Shown here piece after piece: positions 1 through 9,824 of a DNA stretch of 64,000 nt. The position numbers and the translations under genes were made by a program. The stretch comes from Eubacteriales bacterium (GTDB lineage Bacteria > Bacillota > Clostridia > Lachnospirales > WRAX01): the NCBI GenBank assembly GCA_031550435.1, contig JAVBOO010000009.1, forward strand, positions 39,202-103,201, written 5' to 3'. Position 1 is the first letter of the stretch. Every line of letters begins with the position of its first letter. The notes beneath the pieces are model-generated. The model saw nothing but the letters and a program-made list of their open reading frames with translations, was not told the origin of the DNA and did no database searches.

Positions 1-125
1 CATCTTTGGCTGTCGCCGAAGTATATAACTCAAGAGCAGGCGGACGCATTGAATGAGCTGATACCCGATTTGTCGATAATATTCTACGAAGAGTAGAAAA
101 TCGCCGCACCGCAGGAGAACTGTAT

Positions 126-1100
126 ATGAAGATAGGAAACATCGTAACGCCTAATAATGTCTTTCTCGCTCCGATGGCAGGTATAACCGACCTGCCGTTT
201 CGTATTATAGCCAAACGTCTCGGAGCAGGCATGACTTACTCGGAAATGGTCAGCGCGAAAGGGCTTTTTTATAAAAACGAGAATACAAACGCTCTGCTGT
301 CAACAAGGGGCGAACCCGGTCTTATTGGGGTACAAATTTTCGGTTCTGAGCCGGATGTAATAGCCGATACCGTAAAACGGCTGAACGAAACGGCTTTTTG
401 TCTGATCGATATAAACATGGGCTGCCCGGCTCCGAAAATCGTTAAAAACGGTGAGGGTTCAGCTCTTATGAAGGATTTGCCGCTTATGGGAGAAATAATT
501 TATGCCGCCGCGCGCGCGTCGGAAAAACCCGTAACCGTCAAAATACGAAGCGGGTTTAATTCTTCTTGCATAAACGCTGTTGAGGCCGCAAAAACGGCGG
601 AACAATCCGGAGCAGCGGCAATAACGGTTCACGGCAGAACGAGAGAACAGTATTATTCGGGGACGGCCGACTGGAACGTTATCGCGGAAGTAAAAGCAGC
701 TGTGTCGATACCTGTTATCGCAAACGGCGACATAAAGTCCGGCAGCGACGCAATCGCCTGTCTTAATCTTACGAAGGCGGACGGAGTTATGCTGGGCAGG
801 GCTGCGTACGGCGATCCTTGGGTGCTTCGTGAATGCGTCTGCGCTCTTGGAGGAGAGGCAATTCCCGAAAAATTGACTTTGGCACAAAAAGCCGAGACCG
901 CAAAAGAGCATTTTATGATGCTTGTAGAGGAAAAAGGCGGGCACATAGCCGTCAGAGAGTTTCGCAGACATCTTTCTTCTTATATAAAGGGCTTTGACGG
1001 CGCAAGCAGGCTGAGAGAAAAGGTAGTCTCTTGTGAAACAGTGGAAGAAACGGAAAAAATTATAGAAACAATCAAAAATTTAGGTAATGTTAAAATCTAG
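126..1100 (+). CDS. dusB: tRNA-dihydrouridine synthase (DusB-like)
   Basis: 324-aa ORF. It carries the Dus family blocks FLAPMAGITDLPFR, INMGCPAPKIV (catalytic Cys), VKIRSGF and TVHGRTREQ. An AGGAG RBS lies 8 nt upstream of the ATG. Confidence 0.9.
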   Translation: MKIGNIVTPNNVFLAPMAGITDLPFRIIAKRLGAGMTYSEMVSAKGLFYKNENTNALLSTRGEPGLIGVQIFGSEPDVIADTVKRLNETAFCLIDINMGCPAPKIVKNGEGSALMKDLPLMGEIIYAAARASEKPVTVKIRSGFNSSCINAVEAAKTAEQSGAAAITVHGRTREQYYSGTADWNVIAEVKAAVSIPVIANGDIKSGSDAIACLNLTKADGVMLGRAAYGDPWVLRECVCALGGEAIPEKLTLAQKAETAKEHFMMLVEEKGGHIAVREFRRHLSSYIKGFDGASRLREKVVSCETVEETEKIIETIKNLGNVKI

Positions 1101-1362
1101 TAACAAAGCTGTGAAACACGAATAAAACCCTCGCGTTTTACAAATATATATAGTCAGGAAACCGCGCTCAGCCAACACACGGCGCAGCATATAAGTTTTC
1201 CGTAATACTCCATTATTACGATGGCATGACAAATGCTTTACAAATCGCCCGTATGTATTGATTTGTAACAATTGCTGTGTTAGATTGTATTCAGAGTCAA
1301 TACCGAAGCAATTGCAGGACTTTCTTTAATGTTACAATACTATTACAAGTTGTCCTCCTGTG

Positions 1363-1391
1363 TTGACGGTATCGACAGTAAATGATATAAT
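1363..1391 (+). promoter_or_regulatory. sigma-A type promoter for the S-layer-like gene
   Basis: TTGACG (1363-1368), 17-nt spacer, extended -10 TGaTATAAT (1383-1391). It implies a ~110-nt 5'UTR before ATG 1501. Confidence 0.55.
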
Positions 1392-1500
1392 CCAACCTGT
1401 AAAATGCGGCGGAATAGGCATAACAGCCTGAACACAACGTTTTGCCGCATGGGGACGACGGTCCCTACAAAATTTAATCCTTGAAGGAGGAAATCAAAGA

Positions 1501-4347
1501 ATGAAGAAAAAGATCGCTTTACTCTTAGCAGCAGTTATGACGTTCGCTGCTGTGGTAGTGCCGTCGAATGTGTTTGCCAGCACATCGAATGCTATTACCA
1601 GAAACTACCCGAACGCGACCGAAGGCAGACTCGTAACAAACAACAGTGCTATCACATTGGCTGTTCAGAGTGGTGCCGGCACTGAACTTCTTATGAGATA
1701 TTCAGCAAATCCCAGCGGTTACAATCAGGCAATCAGTATCAACTTAGAAAATGCATACCTTTCGTATTTTAACGACAAGGATAATTACGAAGATTGGTCC
1801 GGATATTATATGCCGGTAGAAAACGCTACCGATGATTTTCCGACATATGATACTAGCAAAGGTATTGCTACACTTAATGATGATACAGAAATGGTTTACT
1901 ACACAAATGTTAGCTCATTCAAAGTAGCCGGAACTGCTGCCTATGACTTGGACGATGACTTTGCGAGCGGATGGCAGACTCTTATCAATCGCTCTTTAAG
2001 CAGAGAAGGTGCTTTCGCGGTAGTATCAGCGACTCCGGCCGATAACGAGCTTACCCTTCACGCTAACTCCGGTGATGTTCCTTACCTTCTTACAATTAAC
2101 CCGAATGATGGCGGTTCAGCTATTCTTACCGTTCTCAATGTTCCTGTAAATACTAACCTTATTAATGTTCCTCTTAACTTTGTTATAACTGCTGATGAAG
2201 CCGTAACATTAACAACAGACCTTCTTACAGGCAGTGATATTACAAAAATCAATACTCCGATAACCATAGTTAGCGGAGCCGGAGCTAGCAGCGTATCTTT
2301 CGCTAGCGTTAGCGAAGGAAGAGACACTATCAACCTTGCTCCTCTTACTTTCGTAGAAAAGGATCCCGGAACATTTGTAAGTGGTTTTGTTTTCTTAAGA
2401 GCTCCTTTTGGTTACAAATTTGAATCCACCAATATAACAGTTTCTCATGATCCTATGTCCGGAATCGCTTCTGCTACTGCAACTGTTGCAAATACAGCGA
2501 CTACGACTTCTATTGGTCTTGTCAGCGGCGGAGGATATAAAATAATCCCCAGCAGCACAGTTTATGGCAGTGCTGATTCTATCAGCAAACTTCCGTATAC
2601 AGCATTTGCAAAGGGAGAATTCGTTGCTATACCGGTGAATGTAACTTCTTCACAGAGCAGAGTCGGTCGTATTACGATTAGTGGCCTTCAGCTTAAAGCA
2701 GCTTCCAGCACAGCTTTTGGCGAGGTCGGACAAGTAACTCTTTACGGCGCAAAAAATATTCAGTTCGGTGGAATAACAACAGCGGCTGACGGAACACAAG
2801 TATATACTGCTTACAATAACACTGACTACAACAACATGTTTGGTACAGCAGCAGTAAACCTAAATTCTTTCTTTGGTTCTGACGTTACAAAGCCCAAAGA
2901 TGCAAACCTTGTGTCAACTTACGCAGCTAAGAGCATTGACGCTGTTAAACGCGTTGACTACGGTGTAGCTCTTACGACAACTACCGACCCCGTTACTTTC
3001 TATGCAGGCGTAGAATCCGCTAAAGTTGCTTCTGTAAAGCTTGCTGAGACAGCACCCCTTTCTATATGGAAAGCTAATGATACAACATTGTCACTTGTAG
3101 ACAAAGACGGAAATTCTCTTGCAGAAAGCGTTGTATTTGACACTATTACAACAGGAAATGTCAGCACGTTCAATCTTACAAACAACACAGCTTACACATT
3201 TAAAGACGCTGCCGACAAATACTTTAATGGCAATGGCTCAGTATTCACGATACCTCATATGGAAAAAGCTGAATCAGATGCTTCAAAGTCTGCTTCTCTG
3301 CCTTTGTCATTAAAGCTTACAGCTTCTGTAACATTTACAGGCGACATTTATGTTAAGGCCGGCGGAAGATCGCTTCTCGGCATGGAAGTTGCTCCTGTAC
3401 TTGTAGCAACAGTTCTTTCTCCTGTTGAAGCAATTGCCAACACTTCAAACGTAGAAATTGGTTACCAGAAGATAGCTATAGAAGACATCACTGTTAAAGA
3501 GACTAAGGCTGGACTTTGGACTCTCGGCTCGGTTTACTTTGACCTTGCAGCTTTCGGCGAGCTCTTCAATGATTTCTCATTCGTTGACGTAAACTCGGCA
3601 AAAGCTACGATGGTAGCAGGCGACGGATTAATCTCCGGAGTTACATTTTCCGGAAAAGGAAACGCAAACTTTGTTAACATCGCTGTTACAAGAGTAAGCT
3701 CCAAGACACCTTTTGAAATCAAATTGAGCGGCCTCTATTTAAGAACTGACCGTACAATACCTGAAGGAAACTATGACCTCTGGATAAAAGGAACCGCGTT
3801 TGACCATGTAAAGCATAAGGCTGTTGCAAATGGCCACTTTGAGCTTCCTAACTATATCAAAGTAAAAACTCCGGGCGCTAACAAGGCTCTTACAAAGAAC
3901 GTTGCTATCGATTTCACAAACCCCGGAACTGCTAAGGTTGAGGGTCAGGCGTTTGATATGACAGCAGCTCCTTCCTATATCGATGTTGATACCGGAAGAA
4001 CAATGCTTTCCATCAAATATATCGCTGTTGCTTTAGGAATTGAAGCTAAGAACGTTATGTGGGATGACACAACCAGAACGGTTACTATCATCACAACAGA
4101 AAGAACAGTAAGATTCTTCATCGGAAAGAACTACTACACCATCAACGGTGCAGAGCAATACATGAAGGATGCTAACGGCGTATTCTCTTACGCAGTAATC
4201 GTTAACGACAGATCTTTCGTTCCTCTTACCTACCTTGCTAAGGCTTTCGCAGTAGATACATGCTGGAACAGCCAGCTCAAGATAGCTTACTTCAACCCCA
4301 CTGACGCTCAGAAGGTTGAATGCTCTTTAGCTAACACAGCTGAATAG
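1501..4347 (+). CDS. secreted cell-surface protein, S-layer candidate, with a C-terminal Cu-amine-oxidase-N1-like domain
   Basis: 948-aa ORF with RBS GAAGGAGG and signal peptide MKKKIALLLAAVMTFAAVVVPSNVFA. The body is T/S/A/N/V-rich and nearly Cys-free. The C-terminal ~100 aa (IKYIAVALGIEAKNVMWDDTTRTVTII...NDRSFVPLTYLAKAFAV) matches the copper amine oxidase N-terminal-like fold. Strong promoter, long UTR and strong terminator. The S-layer role is inference. Confidence 0.8.
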   Translation: MKKKIALLLAAVMTFAAVVVPSNVFASTSNAITRNYPNATEGRLVTNNSAITLAVQSGAGTELLMRYSANPSGYNQAISINLENAYLSYFNDKDNYEDWSGYYMPVENATDDFPTYDTSKGIATLNDDTEMVYYTNVSSFKVAGTAAYDLDDDFASGWQTLINRSLSREGAFAVVSATPADNELTLHANSGDVPYLLTINPNDGGSAILTVLNVPVNTNLINVPLNFVITADEAVTLTTDLLTGSDITKINTPITIVSGAGASSVSFASVSEGRDTINLAPLTFVEKDPGTFVSGFVFLRAPFGYKFESTNITVSHDPMSGIASATATVANTATTTSIGLVSGGGYKIIPSSTVYGSADSISKLPYTAFAKGEFVAIPVNVTSSQSRVGRITISGLQLKAASSTAFGEVGQVTLYGAKNIQFGGITTAADGTQVYTAYNNTDYNNMFGTAAVNLNSFFGSDVTKPKDANLVSTYAAKSIDAVKRVDYGVALTTTTDPVTFYAGVESAKVASVKLAETAPLSIWKANDTTLSLVDKDGNSLAESVVFDTITTGNVSTFNLTNNTAYTFKDAADKYFNGNGSVFTIPHMEKAESDASKSASLPLSLKLTASVTFTGDIYVKAGGRSLLGMEVAPVLVATVLSPVEAIANTSNVEIGYQKIAIEDITVKETKAGLWTLGSVYFDLAAFGELFNDFSFVDVNSAKATMVAGDGLISGVTFSGKGNANFVNIAVTRVSSKTPFEIKLSGLYLRTDRTIPEGNYDLWIKGTAFDHVKHKAVANGHFELPNYIKVKTPGANKALTKNVAIDFTNPGTAKVEGQAFDMTAAPSYIDVDTGRTMLSIKYIAVALGIEAKNVMWDDTTRTVTIITTERTVRFFIGKNYYTINGAEQYMKDANGVFSYAVIVNDRSFVPLTYLAKAFAVDTCWNSQLKIAYFNPTDAQKVECSLANTAE

Positions 4348-4368
4348 TTTCTTTTGAAACTTTAACGG

Positions 4369-4392
4369 AAAACCCCCGCAAGGGGGTTTTTT
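4369..4392 (+). terminator. intrinsic terminator
   Basis: AAAACCCCC-GCAA-GGGGGTTTT hairpin followed by a T-run, 20 nt after the stop codon. Confidence 0.85.
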
Positions 4393-4402
4393 GCTGCAAA
4401 AA

Positions 4403-4432
4403 ATTGTTGAAATTATTGTAGTTGTGGTATAA
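4403..4432 (+). promoter_or_regulatory. candidate promoter for the 242-aa wall protein
   Basis: TTGAAA (4406-4411) or TTGTTG (4403-4408), then extended -10 TGgTATAAT (4424-4432). The spacer is 15 or 18 nt. Confidence 0.4.
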
Positions 4433-4513
4433 TAACTATGGTGTTCTTTTTATCGGGAACAATTTCCGGTTTGAGACGTAAATATCAATGACGAGAAAAT
4501 TAGGAGGGGAATA

Positions 4514-5242
4514 ATGAAAAATAAAAAAGTATTATTGTTAAGTTTTTTGGCGGGCGTGATGATTGCTACCGCAGTAAGTGTTTCTGCCGCAGGTGTCAAG
4601 CAAAAGGTTGAAGCTTATAAGAGCGCCGATGCCGTTATTACTCTTGACGGGAAAAAAATTAGCATGCCTTCCGACTATTCGGTTTTATTTTACAACGACA
4701 GAACCTATACTCCGGTGAGAACCGTTGCGGAAGCGCTTGGTGCGACTGTTACCTGGGATGAAGCGAATCAGACCGTAAAAATAGTGTCAGGTCCAACCGA
4801 AACTGCTTCTCCCTCTACCACAACTCCATCGGCGAGTTACTACGGTGATGGATATTTCTATCAGGGGTTGCCGCTCAAGAGTGTAAAGGACGGGATTACA
4901 GTTAATGTTTTCGGTTCTTATATCTATAACGACAATGTTTTGAGACTGGTATATGAGATTAAGAACAACAGAGACTATGATATATACCCAAAGTACGACA
5001 GCATTTATGTGAAGATAGACAATTCGGAGACGAAGAGCTATGATTTACCTTTATTATCTCAGGTGCCTGTTGCCGTAGGAGCTACTTATGAACTTAACTT
5101 TGATATAGAAGGTTACGAAAAGGATGATGCAAAAATTAAGCTTGTAATCCCCATTGTATATTATTCTATGGAGGCGGGCAAAGCTGTCGAAAAAAATGCG
5201 GAATTTACGTTTTACATTAATTTGGCTGAAACATTAAAATAG
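4514..5242 (+). CDS. secreted/anchored protein with an N-terminal Cu-amine-oxidase-N1-like domain, a P/T/S linker and a beta-rich C-terminal domain
   Basis: 242-aa ORF with RBS AGGAGGGG and signal/anchor MKNKKVLLLSFLAGVMIATAVSVSA. VITLDGKKISMP...YNDRTYTPVRTVAEALGATVTWDEANQTVKIV is a clear copper-amine-oxidase-N1-like repeat. The linker is GPTETASPSTTTPSAS. Confidence 0.8.
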   Translation: MKNKKVLLLSFLAGVMIATAVSVSAAGVKQKVEAYKSADAVITLDGKKISMPSDYSVLFYNDRTYTPVRTVAEALGATVTWDEANQTVKIVSGPTETASPSTTTPSASYYGDGYFYQGLPLKSVKDGITVNVFGSYIYNDNVLRLVYEIKNNRDYDIYPKYDSIYVKIDNSETKSYDLPLLSQVPVAVGATYELNFDIEGYEKDDAKIKLVIPIVYYSMEAGKAVEKNAEFTFYINLAETLK

Positions 5243-5279
5243 CAACAAAAAAGCAGGGGGTGCCCTGCTTTTTTGTTGC
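5242..5279. terminator. bidirectional-type intrinsic terminator
   Basis: Long perfect palindrome GCAACAAAAAAGCAGGG-GGTG-CCCTGCTTTTTTGTTGC immediately after the stop codon. Confidence 0.85.
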
Positions 5280-5328
5280 TTAAATATAAAAAAGTCGTAA
5301 AAAACCATAAAAAAACAGACAAACACCA

Positions 5329-5357
5329 TTGACAGGTAAAAAAACCTGTGTTAGAAT
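5329..5357 (+). promoter_or_regulatory. consensus sigma-A promoter for rpoBC with an A-rich UP-like region
   Basis: TTGACA (5329-5334), 17-nt spacer, TAGAAT (5352-5357). It is preceded by an A-rich tract (5281-5325) and implies a ~375-nt leader before rpoB. Confidence 0.6.
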
Positions 5358-5536
5358 ATTTGACTGTATCGGTAAAATGCCATATTTGGCATTCTAAAGA
5401 TTATAGCACATAATTATGCAATTTACAAGTGGTTTCGGCAATTTGGCAATCCGAAAGACGGATTTGCTTCTATAGTAATGAAGTTGAAGTAGCGGTGAAA
5501 AGCTTACTCTTTTACCTGTTTGACTTTATGAACCCC

Positions 5537-5566
5537 ATCGCTTAGGCCGATTTTGGCTTAAACGAT
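5537..5566 (+). repeat. hairpin repeat family E, copy 1 (GGCTTAAACG arm)
   Basis: ATCGCTTAGGCC-GATTTT-GGCTTAAACGAT. The 3' arm GGCTTAAACGRYTRT is shared with the hairpins at 13560-13595 and 58308-58348. Confidence 0.5.
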
Positions 5567-5735
5567 TATATCATTAATATCGTTCGGTTTTGGTTTTTTA
5601 TTCAGGTTTTATAAAAGGAAATTTTTATATAGTTTAAGTTCCGGCCGCTGCGCGATTTCTAAGCGCTGGCGGTTTTGTGCTGTCTTAAGTTAAGAAATCA
5701 GCGTCTACCTAAATTTTTAAGGAGTGTCCGAAGGC

Positions 5736-8700
5736 ATGAAAAAAAACAGAATTCATTCCGTTAAGCAGGGGAAAATCACGAGGGTCAGTTATTCAAAGAT
5801 TGAAGAAGTCCTTGAGATACCTAACCTGATTGAGGTTCAAAAGGACAGTTACCAATGGTTCCTGAGCGAGGGACTCAGAGAGGTCTTTTCCGACATTTCG
5901 TCTATTTCTGATTTTAACGGAAATCTGGTACTGGAGTTTGTGGATTTCACGCTTGATACGGAAGGCGAGTTGAAGTACACAATCGAAGAATGCAAGGAAC
6001 GAGACGCGACCTATGCCGCTCCTCTTAAAGTAAAGGCGAGACTGCGCAATAAACTTGCCGATGAAATAAAAGAGCAGGAAATCTTCATGGGGGATTTTCC
6101 GCTTATGACAAACAACGGAACGTTTATCATAAACGGTGCGGAAAGGGTCATAGTAAGCCAGCTTGTTCGTTCCCCCGGCGTATACTACTCCATGGACTAC
6201 GACAAAGCGGGAAAATTCCTTATTTCATCAACGGTTATCCCGAACAGGGGAGCTTGGCTTGAGTATGAAACCGACTCTAACGACGTTTTTTATGTCAGGG
6301 TCGACCGCAACAGAAAGGTGCCGGTGACCGTACTTATCCGTTCGCTCGGAATCGGCACGGATACCGAAATAATTGAATTATTCGGCGAGGAAGCAAAAAT
6401 TCTCGCGACGATAGAGAAGGACAGCTCTAAAACCTATCAGGAGGGTCTGATAGAGATGTATAAGAAGCTTCGTCCGGGAGAACCCGCTTCCGTTGACAAT
6501 TCGGAGAGCCTTTTGAGAGGTATGTTCTTCGATGCGAAGCGCTATGACCTCGCAAAGGTTGGAAGATATAAGTTCAACAAAAAGCTTGCACTGAGGAATC
6601 GAATCAGAGGTTTTAAGCTTGCAGAAAACGTTATTGACGGACTTAGCGGTGAAATTATCGCTGCAGAGGACGAAGTTGTCACGGCCGAGCTTGCGGACGC
6701 TATTCAGGACTGCGGAACGCCGTTTGTATGGGTTAAGACCGATGACGATAAAAAGACAAAGGTTCTTACAAACAACGCTGTCAACATAGATGCTTTTATA
6801 GCTCAATACGGGCTGAAGAAAGAAGACTTCGGCATAAGGGAAAGGGTTCATCTTCCCGTGCTTAAAAGCCTGCTTGACGCGCACACAAACGCGAAGGATT
6901 TGTCTCAGGCTATAAAAGATAATATTTCGAAGCTTATACCGAAACATATAACTGTCGACGATATTCTGGCTTCGATAAACTATGTCATCAATCTTGATTA
7001 CGGCATAGGACATAAAGACGATATCGACCATTTGGGAAACAGACGTATCAGAGCTGTCGGCGAGCTTTTGCAAAATCAGTTCAGAATCGGTCTTTCCAGA
7101 ATGGAGAGAGTCGTGAAAGAGCGCATGACGACTCAGGATACCGATGTTATAACTCCTCAGGCGCTCATCAACATCAGGCCGGTTACCGCCGCGATAAAAG
7201 AGTTTTTCGGCAGCTCGCAGCTTTCACAGTTCATGGAACAGACGAACCCTCTCGGTGAGCTTGCTCATAAGCGCCGTCTTTCCGCTCTCGGACCGGGCGG
7301 TCTCTCCAGAGACAGAGCCGGTTTCGAAGTCCGTGACGTACACAGCTCGCATTACGGCAGAATGTGCCCGATAGAAACACCGGAAGGCCCGAATATCGGC
7401 CTTATCAACTCTCTTGCGACTTATGCGAGAATCAACGAATACGGTTTTGTTGAAGCACCGTACAGAGTGGTTGACAATTCAAACGGTATTCCGAGAGTTA
7501 CAGACGAATTTATCTATGTTACAGCCGATGAGGAAGAAAACTATATTGTTGCTCAGGCTAACGCTCTGCTTGACGAAAACGGAGCTTTTGTTCATAAAAA
7601 GGTTGCCGGCCGTTACAGAGAAGATATTATCGAAATCGAGCGTGAAAAAGTAGACTTGATGGACGTTTCGCCCAAGCAGATAGTATCAGTTGCTACAGCT
7701 CTTATACCCTTCCTTGAAAACGATGACGTTACCAGAGCGCTCATGGGTTCGAACATGCAACGTCAGGCGGTTCCGCTGCTCAAAGCCGAAGCGCCGATAG
7801 TCGGAACGGGTATGGAATACAAGACCGCGAAAGACTCCGGCGTTGTTGTTATAACGAAGAATGCCGGTGTTGTCGAAAGAGTTTCGGCCGATCAGATTAT
7901 TGTCAGAAACGATAACGGGACCAAGGATGTTTACAAGCTTATCAAGTTTCTGAGGAGCAACCAGGGAACATGTATAAATCAACGACCGATAGTGAGCAAG
8001 GGTCAGAGAGTAGAGAAGAGCGAAGTCATTGCAGACGGCCCTTCGACTTGCGACGGCGAGCTTGCGCTCGGCAAAAACCCGCTTATCGGCTTTATGTCGT
8101 GGGAAGGTTACAACTATGAGGACGCGATACTTCTTAGCGAAAAACTCGTCGAAGAAGATGTGTATACGTCAATCCATATAGAAGAGTATCAGGCTGAAGC
8201 CAGAGACACAAAGCTGGGACCCGAGGAAATAACGAGGGATATCCCGAATATCGGCGACGATGCCTTGAAAGACCTCAACGAGTACGGCATTATAAGAATC
8301 GGTGCGGAAGTACAGCCGAACGATATACTTGTCGGTAAAGTTACGCCTAAGGGCGAAACTGAACTTACTGCCGAGGAAAGGCTGTTGCGCGCCATATTCG
8401 GCGAAAAGTCGAGAGAAGTCAGGGACACGTCTTTGAGAGTGCCTCACGGAGATTCCGGTATAGTCGTTGACGTCAAGGTATTCACAAGGGAAAACCGTGA
8501 TGAGCTTCCGCCGGGAGTTAATCAGGTTGTCAGAGTTTATATAGCTCAGAAACGTAAAATCTCGGTCGGAGATAAAATGGCGGGAAGACACGGAAATAAG
8601 GGTGTTATCTCCAGAGTTCTGCCTGTTGAAGATATGCCGTTTTTACCGAACGGCAGACCCCTTGATATAGTGCTTAACCCGCTGGGCGTTCCGTCTCGTA

Positions 8701-9755
8701 TGAATATCGGTCAGGTTCTTGAGGTTCACTTGGGACTCGCGTCGAAGGTTTTGAACTGGAAGGTGTCAACTCCGGTATTTGACGGAGCGAATGAAATAGA
8801 TATAATGGATACGCTTGAACTGGCTAACGACTTTGTTAATATGGAATGGTCGGATTTTGAGTTCAAGTGGAAGGAAATACTTGAGGAAGACATATTCGAA
8901 TCACTTGAGAAAAATAAGGATAACCGTGATGAGTGGAAGGGCGTTCCCATCACTCGTGACGGAAAGATAAGGCTGAGAGACGGAAGAAGCGGGGAATATT
9001 TCGACAATCCCGTCACAGTCGGATACATGCACTATTTGAAACTACACCACCTTGTTGACGACAAGATCCATGCGCGTTCTACAGGCCCGTACTCCCTTGT
9101 TACTCAGCAGCCGCTCGGCGGTAAGGCGCAGTTCGGCGGACAGCGCTTTGGTGAAATGGAAGTTTGGGCGCTCGAAGCTTACGGCGCGTCATACGCGCTG
9201 CAGGAGATATTGACGGTCAAGTCCGATGATATAGTCGGACGTGTTAAGACCTACGAAGCCATAGTCAAGGGTGAGAACATTCCCGAACCTGGGGTTCCCG
9301 AATCGTTCAAGGTCTTGCTGAAGGAACTTCAGGCCCTCGCTCTCGATGTGAAGATATTGCTTGAGGATCAGACGGAAGTCATTATTCGCGAGAACATTGA
9401 CGATTATGACGACCTTAACGTTAAGATCGACGGCTATGAGCCGGATGAGTATAACGATGCGAAGAGTTTCTTGAAAACGGGGAGAAAAGAGGATTTTGTC
9501 CCCGAAGAAAAGCATGCGCGTGCCGTCAAGAAGAAAGAACCCGCGGATGATGAGTTTGAGCAGGAAGATGATCGGGAAGACGAGCAGGAAGATGACCGGG
9601 AAGTCGTTACCGACAACTACACAGACGGTATCGAAGAAGAGGAAGTCGATGATTTTTCCGAGGACGATATTGCGATAACCGAACAGTTCCTCGATTCCGC
9701 TTTTGAGGATTTGCCCGGAGAGCTTGACATCTATTCTGATGAAGGCAATATGTAA
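5736..9755 (+). CDS. rpoB: DNA-directed RNA polymerase subunit beta, with an acidic C-terminal extension
   Basis: Unmistakable RpoB blocks: [89 protein letters not shown]. The ORF track starts at GTG 5724, which overlaps the RBS AAGGAG (5719-5724), so ATG 5736 is the more likely start. Confidence 0.97.
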   Translation: MKKNRIHSVKQGKITRVSYSKIEEVLEIPNLIEVQKDSYQWFLSEGLREVFSDISSISDFNGNLVLEFVDFTLDTEGELKYTIEECKERDATYAAPLKVKARLRNKLADEIKEQEIFMGDFPLMTNNGTFIINGAERVIVSQLVRSPGVYYSMDYDKAGKFLISSTVIPNRGAWLEYETDSNDVFYVRVDRNRKVPVTVLIRSLGIGTDTEIIELFGEEAKILATIEKDSSKTYQEGLIEMYKKLRPGEPASVDNSESLLRGMFFDAKRYDLAKVGRYKFNKKLALRNRIRGFKLAENVIDGLSGEIIAAEDEVVTAELADAIQDCGTPFVWVKTDDDKKTKVLTNNAVNIDAFIAQYGLKKEDFGIRERVHLPVLKSLLDAHTNAKDLSQAIKDNISKLIPKHITVDDILASINYVINLDYGIGHKDDIDHLGNRRIRAVGELLQNQFRIGLSRMERVVKERMTTQDTDVITPQALINIRPVTAAIKEFFGSSQLSQFMEQTNPLGELAHKRRLSALGPGGLSRDRAGFEVRDVHSSHYGRMCPIETPEGPNIGLINSLATYARINEYGFVEAPYRVVDNSNGIPRVTDEFIYVTADEEENYIVAQANALLDENGAFVHKKVAGRYREDIIEIEREKVDLMDVSPKQIVSVATALIPFLENDDVTRALMGSNMQRQAVPLLKAEAPIVGTGMEYKTAKDSGVVVITKNAGVVERVSADQIIVRNDNGTKDVYKLIKFLRSNQGTCINQRPIVSKGQRVEKSEVIADGPSTCDGELALGKNPLIGFMSWEGYNYEDAILLSEKLVEEDVYTSIHIEEYQAEARDTKLGPEEITRDIPNIGDDALKDLNEYGIIRIGAEVQPNDILVGKVTPKGETELTAEERLLRAIFGEKSREVRDTSLRVPHGDSGIVVDVKVFTRENRDELPPGVNQVVRVYIAQKRKISVGDKMAGRHGNKGVISRVLPVEDMPFLPNGRPLDIVLNPLGVPSRMNIGQVLEVHLGLASKVLNWKVSTPVFDGANEIDIMDTLELANDFVNMEWSDFEFKWKEILEEDIFESLEKNKDNRDEWKGVPITRDGKIRLRDGRSGEYFDNPVTVGYMHYLKLHHLVDDKIHARSTGPYSLVTQQPLGGKAQFGGQRFGEMEVWALEAYGASYALQEILTVKSDDIVGRVKTYEAIVKGENIPEPGVPESFKVLLKELQALALDVKILLEDQTEVIIRENIDDYDDLNVKIDGYEPDEYNDAKSFLKTGRKEDFVPEEKHARAVKKKEPADDEFEQEDDREDEQEDDREVVTDNYTDGIEEEEVDDFSEDDIAITEQFLDSAFEDLPGELDIYSDEGNM

Positions 9756-9824
9756 GGCAAACGCTGATTGATTCACCGAATCTGCGTTTACTAGGAAAGT
9801 ACTATGAAGGGAGAAAACAAGTGC

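Noticed and set aside
1-96. An open reading frame running from the left edge to TAG 94-96 (…LNELIPDLSIIFYEE*), possibly the 3' end of an upstream gene.
   Set aside because: Only 31 codons are visible and I can recognise no motif. It cannot be supported as a feature.
6378-7073. Long antisense or out-of-frame ORFs inside strongly supported genes. Examples: 6378-7073 and 9189-10145 in rpoB/rpoC, 42381-43451 in the protease, 47338-48267 and 48907-49602 in purL, 14960-15682, 25499-26059, 52175-52810.
   Set aside because: These are shadow ORFs of highly conserved genes. They have no RBS and show low-complexity or Arg/Ser/Cys-rich composition typical of wrong-frame translation.
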